Below are positions 20,541 through 32,145 of a stretch of DNA of 64,000 bases, piece by piece. The stretch spans positions 64,001-128,000 of the forward strand of contig JBJOKS010000012.1 in assembly GCA_046045965.1 (NCBI GenBank), in the 5' to 3' direction. The notes beneath the pieces are model-generated. The model was not told the DNA's origin and ran no database searches. It saw nothing but the letters and a program-made list of their open reading frames with translations. Each line of letters begins with the position of its first letter. The first letter of the stretch is position 1. Source of the stretch: Cyanobacteriota bacterium (GTDB taxonomy: Bacteria > Cyanobacteriota > Cyanobacteriia > Cyanobacteriales > Nostocaceae). A program made the position numbers and the translations under genes.

Positions 20541-23500
20541 TTACCCTAAATATTTCTCCAACATTTCTCGCACTTGTTCCACTCGAATAGGTTTAGTTAA
20601 AAAATCATTCATCCCCGCTTGTAAACAAGATTCTCTATCTTTATCTTCTTCATTGGCTGTCATGGCAATAATAACAGGACGTTGATCCGTTTGCCAATGT
20701 TCACAGATTTGGCGTGTTGCTTCTAAACCATCCATTTCTGGCATTTGCATATCCATTAATACTAAATTATAATATTTTTGGTCTAGTGCTGATATAGCTT
20801 CTTGACCATTATTCACAACATCAGCAGAATATCCTAATGTTTGCAAAACACGCAAAGCCACTTTTTGATTTACTAGGTTATCTTCTGCTATGAGAATTTT
20901 CACTTCAGATGAAGTTTTAAGGGGGTTTTTAACTAAGGGTTGAGGCAGTTTTTTGGGAGGTTTAATTTCATTATCGTTGTAAATGTACTGCAACTTTAAA
21001 AATTCAGCTAATTTATCAAAAATAATTTGTGGTTGCAATGGTTTACGTACCATATCATCACAGCCAGCAGCTTTAATTTCGGCTCTTTGTTCTTCAAATA
21101 CACTGGCAGTTAAAGCAATAATAACTACTGGTTTGTTTTGTTCTTGGCTAAGTTTCCGAATGATTTTAGTAGCCTCATATCCGTCTAATTCTGGCATTCG
21201 CATATCCATCCAAATTAGTTGCGGTTGCCATTCTTGCCATAATGTTATTGCCTCTTTTCCATTTTTGGCTTCTCTCACTTCAAACCCAATAGGTTGAAGT
21301 AACTTAACTAACAACTGACGATTATTTTCTATGTCATCAGCAATCATAATTCTATAATGAGTTTGGTCGGGTGCTAAAGTAATAATTCTGCGTGTTGATA
21401 ATGGTGAAGTAACTGCATTTGCCAAAACTGAACGGAAGCGAATTGTAAACTGAAATATACTACCCTTGCCTAAAGTGCTGTCAACGTGAATATTACCTCC
21501 CATGAGTTGTACAAATTTACGAGTGATGACTAAACCTAAGCCTGTGCCTTGATTAGATTTACGCCCTGATTCAGTTTGCACAAAAGGACTAAAAAGATGA
21601 TTTAATTCATCTGTTTCAATACCTGTTCCTGTGTCTATAACTGCAAATTTGAGAGTATTTTTTTCTTGAATTTCTACTTGAAGAGTGACGCTTCCTTGAT
21701 GAGTAAATTTAATCGCGTTACTGAGCAGATTCAGGAGAATTTGTCTGAGTTTACCCTTGTCTGTGCGAATACAATGGGGTAAATTTGGGGCTAAATCAAA
21801 ATTAAGTTTAATTCCTTTTTCTGTAGCTTTGAGTTGTAGCATTGATTGGAGTGATTCAATCAGTGTATAAAGATGAAAATTAGTTTTATTAAATGTGATT
21901 TTCCCTGCTTCAATTTTTGACATTTCTAACACATCATTAATTAAAGACAGCAAGTGTTCACCACTGGCAATAACAATATCTAAATTCTCTTTATGTTCAG
22001 CGTTGAGAGTCGGATCTCCCTGCATTAATTGAGTGAATCCTAAAATAGCATTTAAGGGTGTTCTTAATTCATGACTCATATTTGCTAAAAATTCACTTTT
22101 GGCACGGTTGGCAGCTTCTGCGGCTTTTTTTGCCTGTGCTAGTTCTAATTCTGCCTGTTTACGTTCAGTAATATCCCGTACCATGACTAATACTTCATTA
22201 TCATTGAGGGGAGTAATGCGGGTTTCTTCATATTGAATTTTTCCCTCAATTTCTAGTTGCTGTTCGTAGGTTTGTACCTTACTTATTTTTAGTGCTTTTT
22301 CTACATAATACATTCGCTCTTCTGCTCTGTCGGTGGGCAGGATATCAAAGATATTTTTCCCGTATCGACTGCGATCAGGATGGATAGGTTGAAATTCGTT
22401 ACCTACAAATATATTCAGGTAATTACCATTGCGATCTAATCGCAAAAGTAAATCGGGAATAGCTGCAATTAAAGCGCGGGTTGTAGCTTCACTCTGACCC
22501 AAATCAGCTTCAATCTTTTTGCGTTCTGTAATATCTTTGGCAATAATTATGGCGCATTTTTGTCCATAAACTTCAATAACTTCTGCTGAACTTAATAGGG
22601 TTCTGATTTCTCCTGATTTAGTACGAAATTTTGCTTCGTAATTTTGAATAAAACCGTCAGTTTGCATTGCTTGAATATAGCGATCACGGTCTTGGGGATT
22701 AATCCAACAGTTTAATGCTAGAGAATTTCTACCTATTACCTCATCTCGACTATATCCGGAAACCTCTAAAAAACTTTGATTGACTTCTAAATAGATTCCT
22801 TCTTTTAAAGTTGCGATCGCCATCGGATCAGGACTATTGCCAAACAGTGTGGTAAATTTGGCTTCTGATTCCTGTAAAGCAACTGCTAAACTAGCAAATG
22901 CTTGACGCAGTTGCTCAGACATTAGATTAAATGATTTAGCCAACTTTGATAATTCTTGAATTGGCAAATTTTCGGGGATTTTTTGATGAGGATCACCTGT
23001 TGCTATTGCTTCACTCATAATCATCAAACGTCGCAGAGGTTTAGTAATCCAACTTGATATCATTGTTCCTAGTGCGATCGCTCCCAATAATGCTCCCACA
23101 CATAATATAATTGTTGTGCGGCGATTAGCATTAATTTCCGCCATAAAATCATTTTCTGGGACAACCGTTATCACCAACCAATCCAAACCATACTCATCTT
23201 GATAAGGTTGAACTCTGACAAATTCCCGGTTTCCTTTTTCTGAAAAAATTAATTTTTCTGTGGCTTCAATTTCTTTAAATTTACCAAATTTATGCTGGAT
23301 TTCTTTGGCAGTTTTTTGTGTTAATTGATTTTTACTATCTGCACTTGCTAGGCGAATAAACTGGTTATCAATATTAGTATATGGCTTTTCTAAAGTCGAA
23401 CTTGCTACTAAATCACCAGACTTTTCAATAATAAAAATTTGTCCATGTGGAGAGGGTTTTAAATAATCTAAAAAATTGCTAATATTATCCAATGTTAAGT

Positions 23501-24164
23501 GAATAGATATTATGGCTTTTAGCTTTTCTTCCCCCTCATATATAGGTGTGCTGATAGCAATGGCGGCTGCTGGATAATTAGCCCAAGGATAAATAGAAGT
23601 CCAAACTGACTTTTTGGCCATTTTACCTGCTTGATACCAAGGACGTTGGCGAGTATCAAAATGTCTGACTAAAAATATTTCACGGGAGTTGCCTTGATTG
23701 TCTACTTCATAAGCAATATTTTTGTTACCATCAACACCATTCTGCTTGATTAACAAATACCGACCAAGCTGTCTTGCATAACCTATAGAATTGCCTTGTT
23801 CATCACCGTAAATAATTAAACTCACAGAATCGAAAAGTTTGATTTGTTCCCAAAAATTATATTTGACTTCGTTCAATTTCTTAATATTTAATTGGTTTAA
23901 TTTAACTGCATTCAAATTTAGTTTATTAATGAGATGAGGTGTGCTTAAATATTCGTTAAGGCGCAAGTTAACTTGATTATTAGTACCTTCTATGACCTGA
24001 TCTACTAGATTTTCGACTGCTTTTTGTCCACTGATAAAGGATAGATACCCAGTTATACTCACTGCTACCACAATCAGCAGCACAAAAGAAACTACCAATA
24101 GCAGCTGCAATGGTATATTTTGCGAACGACGAGTAAACTGAGTCAAGTTGTAGATTAAGCGCAT
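20541..24164 (-). CDS. Hybrid sensor histidine kinase (dCache, HAMP, 2 PAS, HisKA, HATPase, 2 REC)
   Basis: RQRPWY Cache motif, two DITERK PAS ends, MSHELRTPL, GTGLGL, and two MDMxMPExDG receiver motifs. Confidence 0.95.
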   Translation of the reverse strand: MRLIYNLTQFTRRSQNIPLQLLLVVSFVLLIVVAVSITGYLSFISGQKAVENLVDQVIEGTNNQVNLRLNEYLSTPHLINKLNLNAVKLNQLNIKKLNEVKYNFWEQIKLFDSVSLIIYGDEQGNSIGYARQLGRYLLIKQNGVDGNKNIAYEVDNQGNSREIFLVRHFDTRQRPWYQAGKMAKKSVWTSIYPWANYPAAAIAISTPIYEGEEKLKAIISIHLTLDNISNFLDYLKPSPHGQIFIIEKSGDLVASSTLEKPYTNIDNQFIRLASADSKNQLTQKTAKEIQHKFGKFKEIEATEKLIFSEKGNREFVRVQPYQDEYGLDWLVITVVPENDFMAEINANRRTTIILCVGALLGAIALGTMISSWITKPLRRLMIMSEAIATGDPHQKIPENLPIQELSKLAKSFNLMSEQLRQAFASLAVALQESEAKFTTLFGNSPDPMAIATLKEGIYLEVNQSFLEVSGYSRDEVIGRNSLALNCWINPQDRDRYIQAMQTDGFIQNYEAKFRTKSGEIRTLLSSAEVIEVYGQKCAIIIAKDITERKKIEADLGQSEATTRALIAAIPDLLLRLDRNGNYLNIFVGNEFQPIHPDRSRYGKNIFDILPTDRAEERMYYVEKALKISKVQTYEQQLEIEGKIQYEETRITPLNDNEVLVMVRDITERKQAELELAQAKKAAEAANRAKSEFLANMSHELRTPLNAILGFTQLMQGDPTLNAEHKENLDIVIASGEHLLSLINDVLEMSKIEAGKITFNKTNFHLYTLIESLQSMLQLKATEKGIKLNFDLAPNLPHCIRTDKGKLRQILLNLLSNAIKFTHQGSVTLQVEIQEKNTLKFAVIDTGTGIETDELNHLFSPFVQTESGRKSNQGTGLGLVITRKFVQLMGGNIHVDSTLGKGSIFQFTIRFRSVLANAVTSPLSTRRIITLAPDQTHYRIMIADDIENNRQLLVKLLQPIGFEVREAKNGKEAITLWQEWQPQLIWMDMRMPELDGYEATKIIRKLSQEQNKPVVIIALTASVFEEQRAEIKAAGCDDMVRKPLQPQIIFDKLAEFLKLQYIYNDNEIKPPKKLPQPLVKNPLKTSSEVKILIAEDNLVNQKVALRVLQTLGYSADVVNNGQEAISALDQKYYNLVLMDMQMPEMDGLEATRQICEHWQTDQRPVIIAMTANEEDKDRESCLQAGMNDFLTKPIRVEQVREMLEKYLG

Positions 24165-24395
24165 TTGAGTAGGTAATAAGTATTACCAAAAATCACATGA
24201 TCAGACACAGCAGAATATGGCTCACGCCACGCTATCAGGAGTTAGGAGTCAAACCATCAACCTAAATAAAAATGTTCGTAGCAAGGAATCAAATCCTCAC
24301 TACCAACTCTATTTGTATTAAAAATTCACAACTCCATATTAATTGATCAACAACACGAAGTTACCAAAAATCCTGTTTAATTTCCTTCCTTTAGA

Positions 24396-26411
24396 TCAAT
24401 TTACAGTAATAATCACACCCACACTCTCATTACCCAACCTATCCACCGCAGACACCGCATAGCTTCCTGGTTGTACAGTTGCAAAGGTAGTACCAGCAGA
24501 CAAAATTCTCTGAATGATCCAATTATCTCCACTTTGACGGTAAAGAGTCCAAGAACGTACAGGTTGATTATCACCAGTTTGCCAATTTAATCTCCCATCT
24601 TGAAATTTAAGTTCTTTGGGAGGAGATGGAGGTGTTATACTTCGCCATGACATAGTAGGAACTATGGCCGGACGGGAATAATAAACTTGTTGAAATTGAT
24701 CAGCAATACCTTGGCGGTTGTCTTTGATGGAACTCATACTAAAAAAGATATTCCCCAAAGAAAAGTTTGTGGCTAAGTTGCGAGAAATTTGAATCTGTTT
24801 TTCAATTTCTGAATTTTTCCAAACTTTACCATCCAGTTGAGAAATATTGTTCCCTGTGTAAATATGTCGTTGTTTAGTATTAGTTTGAGTCCACCATTTC
24901 AGCAGAACTTCATAACTCTGTTGTGTTTGGTCTGTACGCCAATAAAGTTGAGGGGCTAAATAATCTATCCAACCTTCTTGTAACCATTTTCTAGAGTCAG
25001 CATACAGGGCATTATAGGGATCTAAACCAACAATACCTGGTGGTTGTCCAGGTCGATAAATACCAAAAGGACTAATGCCAAATTTTACATGGGATTTGGT
25101 TTTTTTAATGCCCTCAGATAAACGGAATACCATTTGATTAACGTTTTCTCTTCGCCAGTCTTCTAAGCTCAATTTACCGCCATTGGCTTTATAAGCGGCG
25201 TAGGTTTTATTATCAGGAAAAGATTGACCAGATATAGGATAGGGGTAAAAATAATCATCTAGATGAATACCATCTACATCGTAACGGTTGAGAACATCAA
25301 TAATCACATTGTAAGCTCGATCTTGAACAATTTTTGCACCAGGGTCCATCCATAATTGATTACCCCATTGATAGACAACTTCGGGATTAGTGATAGCTAT
25401 ATGGGGACGGACATTAGCACCACTTTTGGTAGTAGTTTTGGCACGATATGGGTTAAACCAAGCATGAACTTCAATATTGCGTTTATGACATTCAGCGATC
25501 GCAAATTCTAAAGGATCATAAAATGGTTCTGGTGCTTTTCCCTGGGTTCCCGTAATCCAAGCACTCCAAGGTTCTAACGCCGAAGCATATAAAGCATCAC
25601 CTTCTGGCCGCACCTGTAAAATCAAAGCATTAAAATTTAAAGACTGTAATTGTTTAATAATTTCCAGTAGTTCCGTTTTCTGTTGTTCAACACTCAACCC
25701 CGCTTTAGAAGGCCAATCACTATTCCACACAGTCGTCACCCAAGCACCTCGAAACTCGCGGTTATGACTTACCCGCACAGTCTTGGGTTCAGTTCCAGAT
25801 GATGGCGGTACGACAATATATTCAGAAGCAATTTTTTCTGCCTTTCCCAAATATACCAAAGCTTGATATACCATCACAGCCACCTCAGCACGAGTAGCAG
25901 CCATTCTGGGGTTGAGTAATTTAATATTCGGATAACTAGCCACCCAACCAACACCAGTGGCGATCGCCGCCTGATTTATCCCATAATTAGGAATTGCAGC
26001 TGCATCCTGATAGATTTGCGGTAATTTACTTAATAGGTCAGGCTGGACTTGACCAGCAATTCCCAAACCATTCACCATCGCAACTAAAACATCACCCCTG
26101 GAAATACTATCATTAGGGCGAAAAGTCCGATCAGGGTAGCCAACCAGAAATCCAGTTTCGTAAACCTTTTTAACTGCACTATTAGCCCAGAACGTAATAG
26201 GAACATCCGCAAAAGGTACGTATTCCCGTTTTTTAGTCACCGTAAATACAGCACCGATAATAGCCGCAAATTCCGCACGAGTAACAGGAAAATCAGGGCG
26301 AAAAGTCCCATCCCGATAGCCATTCAATATCCGACGCTGGGCTAAAGCCTGAATAAATAAACGCGCCCAATGATTTTGAATATCAGGAAATGATGTAGAA
26401 GTAGATACCAT
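24396..26411 (-). CDS. SLH-domain glycoside hydrolase (GHL10/DUF187 family)
   Basis: Three SLH repeats (GYRDGTFRP..VTRAEF); EFRGAWVTTVWNSDWP, HAWFNPYR, GIHLDDYFYP. Confidence 0.92.
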   Translation of the reverse strand: MVSTSTSFPDIQNHWARLFIQALAQRRILNGYRDGTFRPDFPVTRAEFAAIIGAVFTVTKKREYVPFADVPITFWANSAVKKVYETGFLVGYPDRTFRPNDSISRGDVLVAMVNGLGIAGQVQPDLLSKLPQIYQDAAAIPNYGINQAAIATGVGWVASYPNIKLLNPRMAATRAEVAVMVYQALVYLGKAEKIASEYIVVPPSSGTEPKTVRVSHNREFRGAWVTTVWNSDWPSKAGLSVEQQKTELLEIIKQLQSLNFNALILQVRPEGDALYASALEPWSAWITGTQGKAPEPFYDPLEFAIAECHKRNIEVHAWFNPYRAKTTTKSGANVRPHIAITNPEVVYQWGNQLWMDPGAKIVQDRAYNVIIDVLNRYDVDGIHLDDYFYPYPISGQSFPDNKTYAAYKANGGKLSLEDWRRENVNQMVFRLSEGIKKTKSHVKFGISPFGIYRPGQPPGIVGLDPYNALYADSRKWLQEGWIDYLAPQLYWRTDQTQQSYEVLLKWWTQTNTKQRHIYTGNNISQLDGKVWKNSEIEKQIQISRNLATNFSLGNIFFSMSSIKDNRQGIADQFQQVYYSRPAIVPTMSWRSITPPSPPKELKFQDGRLNWQTGDNQPVRSWTLYRQSGDNWIIQRILSAGTTFATVQPGSYAVSAVDRLGNESVGVIITVN

Positions 26412-26482
26412 TGTTGATTGTTATATCAAGTACATTTAAATAGTTATCATATCTGTGAGAGCAGGGAATAGGGAATAGGGAA

Positions 26483-26835
26483 TATAGCGATCCTAAATAA
26501 GATGTGAACACCTCTTTTTTGTCTGCCTCTGCGCTCTCTGCGTCTGGAGCGGTATGGCTAACGCCACGCTCCGCGAACGTTAAAAAAAATACCGTGATGC
26601 CTCCGGCACACTAAGTGAACTCATATCTTGCACCAGGCGACCGTAAGTCTGTAAGTCACAACTACACAAACAAAACCCACCTGCGTGGGTTTCAAACCCT
26701 TGATTTTCCGTGAGTCCATGCAGACGGACTTAGTTTGTATAGCGGTGTATCCCTAACGGGATCTGGAGGCATCTTTCTAATCACCTAGTCTTGGTGCAAG
26801 ATGTGTGTGAACACAACTCAAATAGGATTGCTATA
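26483..26835. mobile_element. Nested MITE-like elements
   Basis: Outer TIR TATAGCGATCCTA/TAGGATTGCTATA; inner TIR CATATCTTGCACCA (~26622)/TGGTGCAAGATGTG (~26805); further small repeats inside. Confidence 0.75.
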
Positions 26836-26906
26836 GAGAGCAGTCAGGGGAAGCAGGGGAGAAAAGGGAAAATATTTCCCCAATTCCCAATTCCCTTATT
26901 TACGAA

Positions 26907-27866
26907 TTACGAATTAGCACACTCAAATAAATGCAACCCCAACCTTTGCGATAGTTCCTCACACACCTTCACCCCCCGCACACTATTACCTCGCACATCT
27001 AGCAGAGGTGAAAACACACCAATTCCCATCTGTCCGGGAACAACTGCAATAATTCCCCCACAAACGCCGCTTTTCGCCGGAATTCCCACTTTATAAGCCC
27101 ATTCACCCGCAAAGTTATACATCCCACAGGTGTACATCACACTTAATATATCTTTGATATAACAACTATCTACCGCTTTCTCTTTGGTAATTGGGTTAAC
27201 TCCTTTATTAGCGAGAGTGGCAGCCATAATTGCCAAATCTCGACAATTTACCATCACAGAACATTGTTGAAAATATAAATCTAGTGCTTCTTCAATATTT
27301 TGGTCAATCATGCCAAAATTTAGCATCAAATGGGCAGTAGCGCGGTTACGGTGTCCCGTGCTGCGTTCGGAAGTAAATACCGAAATATCCACAAACACAT
27401 CCCGACCAATATAGCGCCGATACATTGCTAATAAGCGATTGAGCCGTTCTGTTGCCCCATTACCTTTAATTAAACTAGTAGTAGCTATAGCCCCAGCATT
27501 TACCATTGGGTTATAGGGTCGCTTAGATTGTTCATCAAGGATAATGGCGTTAAATGCCTCCCCAGTCGGTTCTACCCCCACCCTAGTTAACACATAATCC
27601 CGTCCATGATCCTCTAAAGCTTGTCCATAGACAAACACCTTAGAAATTGATTGGATAGTAAATAGCTGTTGAAAATCACCGACTTCATAAATCTGACCAT
27701 CTATAGTAGCAATACAGATGCTAAACAAGTTGGGGTTTACTTTTGCCAGTTCGGGAATATAGTTTGCTACTGTACCCTCTTGCAGAGATTTGTACTGGGA
27801 ATGCAAATCTTTGAGAACTTCCGAAAATGCTGATGAACCTATTTCTTGATCTTGTAAGTTTGCCAT
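26907..27866 (-). CDS. glsA: Glutaminase A
   Basis: [36 protein letters not shown]. Confidence 0.96.
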   Translation of the reverse strand: MANLQDQEIGSSAFSEVLKDLHSQYKSLQEGTVANYIPELAKVNPNLFSICIATIDGQIYEVGDFQQLFTIQSISKVFVYGQALEDHGRDYVLTRVGVEPTGEAFNAIILDEQSKRPYNPMVNAGAIATTSLIKGNGATERLNRLLAMYRRYIGRDVFVDISVFTSERSTGHRNRATAHLMLNFGMIDQNIEEALDLYFQQCSVMVNCRDLAIMAATLANKGVNPITKEKAVDSCYIKDILSVMYTCGMYNFAGEWAYKVGIPAKSGVCGGIIAVVPGQMGIGVFSPLLDVRGNSVRGVKVCEELSQRLGLHLFECANS

Positions 27867-28670
27867 AGGGCTGATAACTTGCTAATAACTATTATATGTG
27901 ATGGATCAGTCCTGTCCAGTCGTATAAATGTATTTTTTTTGACATTCAAAACTCAACTTTACAAGCTGACAACTCTTTTTTATTTTCCCATCATTGCTTT
28001 TTTTTTGATTTCCAAAATGGATAATGCCATTATTGCCAGTTTTACAATCGTAAAATTACGTAAATTAATAATTTTTACTATACTAAAATTTTTGGAATTT
28101 ACTAGAATTATTTTGATGATGATTTACTAAATTTTTCCTGGGAATTAAAAAAATCTCATCATCGGTTTTTTCTTAAAAATCCTTTATTTTATGCTTAAAA
28201 AGGAAATTATATCAAAATATTAATCAAAAAAATTTACGTGTAAATCTATAGAATTTGAATTGTCATCTGTAATTTTTTACCAAAAATCAAATTTGTTTTG
28301 AGTTAAATATATTACTTTATGTGAAATATTGTCTATCTATCAATCAAGGTATTAGCATACTCATTTAACATCAGCCTAATATTTTGTTTTCATAAAAAAT
28401 TATTCAGATCCCGAAAAAAAATGTTACATATCCCAAAACCTGACTTGCAAAAGGTTTTGACCGAGAAAATCGAATGTGTTGAGGGAGAACCTGAGCAAGA
28501 CTTACGCTAAAACCCTGATCCCCAAGCCTAAAAGTTCATGTTACTCTGTTGCAGTTATAAACAAAAAGTGAAAGCGGAACGAGTTCGAGTTTCAGGGTCT
28601 ATCACCATCACAAGTGAAAAACCCACAGATTAAAAAACTTAAGTTCTACAGTCGCTTTAAAATCGGACGC

Positions 28671-29780
28671 ATGAATCAAAGACATTTGTGGACTACTGTC
28701 GCTGTGTTTCTGTCTGTTTTGAGTCTACCCGCAGTGGGTCATGCTCAAACCACCAAGGGAAACACTCCAACTTCCCAAACATCTGCTCTAGCTGATGTAG
28801 TGAAAGTGGGAGAGTATCAATCCCCGACACAGGAAACCTCCTTGGATGCTGTGAACACACAAATTCATCCTCACAGCATTGAAGGCCGTCAAGCGGCAAC
28901 TCTTTACATCCGAAATATTCCCGTTCTTACCTTTTTGGGTTCTGCCCCAGTCAAGAGTGCAGAAACAAAAGTGGGAACAATTGGAAATAGTGAGGGTGTT
29001 AAATCATCTACCCTGGCAGCTAGTAACTCAGCCAAGGTAGCCAGTGTAGGAAGTGGGATAGATGTGAGCAAATCTCCTAGCTCCATTATTGCCGATGACC
29101 CAGTACAGAGAGCCGGCTTATTAGCCTCGAAAATCAATCAGCTAATTCGGGAAAATGCAGACGCAAGCCAAATTACCGTCAGCTGGAAAACAGGGGAAAA
29201 ATCTCCAGTCAATCATAATAAAGCCCAAGACAAAGGCTCCTCTGTTCAACAACAGCTAGATCGCTACACCATCAAAATCAACGGTAAAGAATTGGTGGAA
29301 ATCAATGCAGCCACCCAACTAGCAGATAGTACCAGAAATCCAGCACAAGATGCTTTACAAGCAACCAATCGCCTGCGGAGACTCATAGGTAACGCATCTC
29401 CAATTAGCGAAATTGCCAACTTACCAGCAAATACAACCATCTCCATGCCCAAGTTACCTCAACAGGTTGCTATTGGTGGCATCAAACTCAACTTCAAAGG
29501 CATAGCTTCCTGGTATGGTTATGATTGGGCGGGCAGGAAAACTGCCAATGGAGAGAGATATAATCCCGAAGGAATGACAGCAGCACACCGCAGTTTACCG
29601 ATGGGAACAAAAGTTCGTGTGACTAACACCCGGAATGGCCAGTCTGTGGTTGTGCGAATTAATGACCGTGGTCCCTACATCGGTGGTCGAATTATTGACC
29701 TTTCTCTGGGTGCAGCCCGGATGTTAGGAATGATCAACAGTGGAGTTGCTCCAGTGCGTATTGATGTGCTGGGAAGATAA
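28671..29780 (+). CDS. rlpA: Septal ring lytic transglycosylase RlpA family protein
   Basis: [32 protein letters not shown]; signal peptide from the ATG at 28671. Confidence 0.92.
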   Translation: MNQRHLWTTVAVFLSVLSLPAVGHAQTTKGNTPTSQTSALADVVKVGEYQSPTQETSLDAVNTQIHPHSIEGRQAATLYIRNIPVLTFLGSAPVKSAETKVGTIGNSEGVKSSTLAASNSAKVASVGSGIDVSKSPSSIIADDPVQRAGLLASKINQLIRENADASQITVSWKTGEKSPVNHNKAQDKGSSVQQQLDRYTIKINGKELVEINAATQLADSTRNPAQDALQATNRLRRLIGNASPISEIANLPANTTISMPKLPQQVAIGGIKLNFKGIASWYGYDWAGRKTANGERYNPEGMTAAHRSLPMGTKVRVTNTRNGQSVVVRINDRGPYIGGRIIDLSLGAARMLGMINSGVAPVRIDVLGR

Positions 29781-29905
29781 CGCGCTTTTTCGGACAAACT
29801 CATTTTCGCTCTTCACTATTGTTGTTTCCCCTGGTTCATTTATCCCTAACCCCAATTTTCGATAAACTAACGGGGGAGAGGATAGAGAAGAACTAGGGGT
29901 ATTTT

Positions 29906-31525
29906 GTGCGCTTGTTGACAACCGTTGCCGCTTTACGCTGTTATTTAAATCAACGTCGCCGGGAAAGCAATGTTAAGCTTTCAGATGAACTATTATTTGA
30001 TGATCAGACTACTTGGTATCCGACAGCAGTTGGTTTAGTACCAACTATGGGTGGGCTGCATCAAGGTCATCTGAGCCTGATTGAAAATGCTAGACAAGAA
30101 AATTCTACAGTGATTGTGAGTATTTTTGTCAATCCCTTGCAATTTGGACCCAATGAGGATTATCAACGCTATCCCCGGACTATAGACCAAGACCAAGAAT
30201 TGTGTGAACAAGCTGGAGTAGACGCAATTTTTGCTCCGACTCCGGAAGAAATGGGAATTCCTCAGAAGAATATACAAGAAACTCAAGTGACACAAGTAAT
30301 CCCTCCATCTGGTATGATAAGTAGCTTGTGTGGTAGATATCGGCCGGGTCATTTTCAAGGTGTGGCGACGATTGTCACCAAGCTTTTCAATTTGGTACAG
30401 CCTGACCGAGCCTACTTTGGTCAAAAAGATGGTCAGCAACTGGCAATTATTAAACGTCTGGTGGCTGATTTAAATTTGCCAGTGGAAATTGTTGCTTGTC
30501 CAACGGTACGGGAAGCGTCTGGCTTGGCTTTGAGTTCTCGTAATCAATATTTGACTGCAACAGAAAAAGAGCAGGCAACAGTGTTATATAAAGGCTTGCA
30601 GCAAGCTGAGGCGGCGTTTCGTGCTGGCGTTCGCAACAGTAGTCAGCTGATAGCATTGGTGTGGGACCAAATAGCAAAGGTCAGCACTATCTATGTGGAA
30701 TATATTGAATTGGTTGAACCGACTACATTGATGTTTTTAGCAAAAGTTGAGGAGGAAGGAATGCTGGCGATCGCAGCCCGTCTTGGTTCTACACGTCTGA
30801 TTGATAATACTATCTTGCGCGATGTCTACAACGGGCTACGCCAACCTATTATCGCTATTGATGGTCCGGCTGGTGCTGGTAAGTCTACTGTGGCTCGTCA
30901 AGTGGCAACCCAGTTAGGTTTGGTGTATTTAGATACGGGTGCTATGTACCGGGCTATTACTTGGCTAGTGCTGCAAACAGGTATTGCTATTGATGATGAA
31001 TGTGCGATCGCTGAATTAGCAAGCCAGTGTAATATTGAACTTACTCCCAGTCAAAATCTGGACACTCCCGTGCGAGTATGGATTAATGGTCATGATGTCA
31101 CTCCAGAAATTCGCACCATTGAGGTAACATCACAAGTATCAGCGATCGCTGCTCAAAGTGCAGTCCGCAAAGCCCTAGTCACACAACAGCAAGGTTGGGG
31201 TAAACGGGGTGGTTTGGTAGCTGAAGGCCGGGACATCGGTACTCATGTTTTCCCTGATGCAGAAGTGAAAATCTTTTTAACTGCTTCTGTTGGTGAACGC
31301 GCACGTCGTCGTCAGCAAGATTTTACCAAACAAGGACAACCCGAAGTAAGTTTAGAACAACTGGAACGGGATATAGCCGAACGTGATCACAAAGATAGCA
31401 CTCGCAAAATTTCCCCCTTGCGAAAAGCCGCAGATGCAGTGGAAGTTCAAACTGATGGACTTACCCCGTCGGAAGTAGCAACGCAAATTGTTAATTATTA
31501 CCAAGATCGTTTGTCTCATCGGTAA
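29906..31525 (+). CDS. panC/cmk: Bifunctional pantoate--beta-alanine ligase / cytidylate kinase
   Basis: VPTMGGLHQGH, FVNPLQF, RPGHF, then IAIDGPAGAGKST, LDTGAMYR, EGRDIGT. Confidence 0.97.
   Translation: MRLLTTVAALRCYLNQRRRESNVKLSDELLFDDQTTWYPTAVGLVPTMGGLHQGHLSLIENARQENSTVIVSIFVNPLQFGPNEDYQRYPRTIDQDQELCEQAGVDAIFAPTPEEMGIPQKNIQETQVTQVIPPSGMISSLCGRYRPGHFQGVATIVTKLFNLVQPDRAYFGQKDGQQLAIIKRLVADLNLPVEIVACPTVREASGLALSSRNQYLTATEKEQATVLYKGLQQAEAAFRAGVRNSSQLIALVWDQIAKVSTIYVEYIELVEPTTLMFLAKVEEEGMLAIAARLGSTRLIDNTILRDVYNGLRQPIIAIDGPAGAGKSTVARQVATQLGLVYLDTGAMYRAITWLVLQTGIAIDDECAIAELASQCNIELTPSQNLDTPVRVWINGHDVTPEIRTIEVTSQVSAIAAQSAVRKALVTQQQGWGKRGGLVAEGRDIGTHVFPDAEVKIFLTASVGERARRRQQDFTKQGQPEVSLEQLERDIAERDHKDSTRKISPLRKAADAVEVQTDGLTPSEVATQIVNYYQDRLSHR
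30819..30841 (+). repeat. SDR-type mini-insertion inside a HIP1 site
   Basis: GCGAT|GTCTACAACGGGCTA|CGC: a 15-nt insert splitting GCGATCGC. Confidence 0.7.
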
Positions 31526-32145
31526 GAATTCAGGAGTTAGGAGTCAATATTCCCAAAACTCAACCTGCAATCAAATTTATTGCATAAAGTAGGGGTTTAG
31601 CAATGCTAAACCCTCCCCCAAATTCCGGGAAATTGTCAACTGAAAATATGGCAAAAATTGGGAACACAAATTAAATAGCAGTGTTATATCTTCAATCGCC
31701 AATCAGAAAGTATTGTATTCAACATTGTAAAGCCTTTAAATCATAATTCATCTCACCAAAGATAGATTTAAAATATTTCCCTTGTTATATCTCAAAACTA
31801 TAAGTCGAGTTTCTTGTTGTGCGACTAACTTCTGAATTCTTAGCTGTGCATTATACTTGATCTGTGCATATTTGGAAATCTGAATTTGAGGATCATCTTC
31901 CGCAAACGGCTAATTAACTCGGCAGATGAACCATTAGCAATTTTTATTTATAACCATAAATATCTCCAAATAGGACTTATTCCCAAAGTTCTGTGGTTTA
32001 ACTTTCACTTTGGTAGTAAAATAACCATGTTAAGTTTTATGTCCCCAAATCAAGGATATAAAACTGAATCAATACAAAACCTGTAATTTTCTGGGTTTCG
32101 GCAATAGCTGGGAACTGGAAAACAGTAAAGAGAGGATTTAAAAAC

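Noticed and set aside
27879..28610. 83-aa ORF or oriC in the long AT-rich glsA-rlpA spacer
   Set aside because: Low-complexity I/F/L/K composition typical of spurious ORFs; no DnaA-box cluster or dnaA/dnaN nearby.
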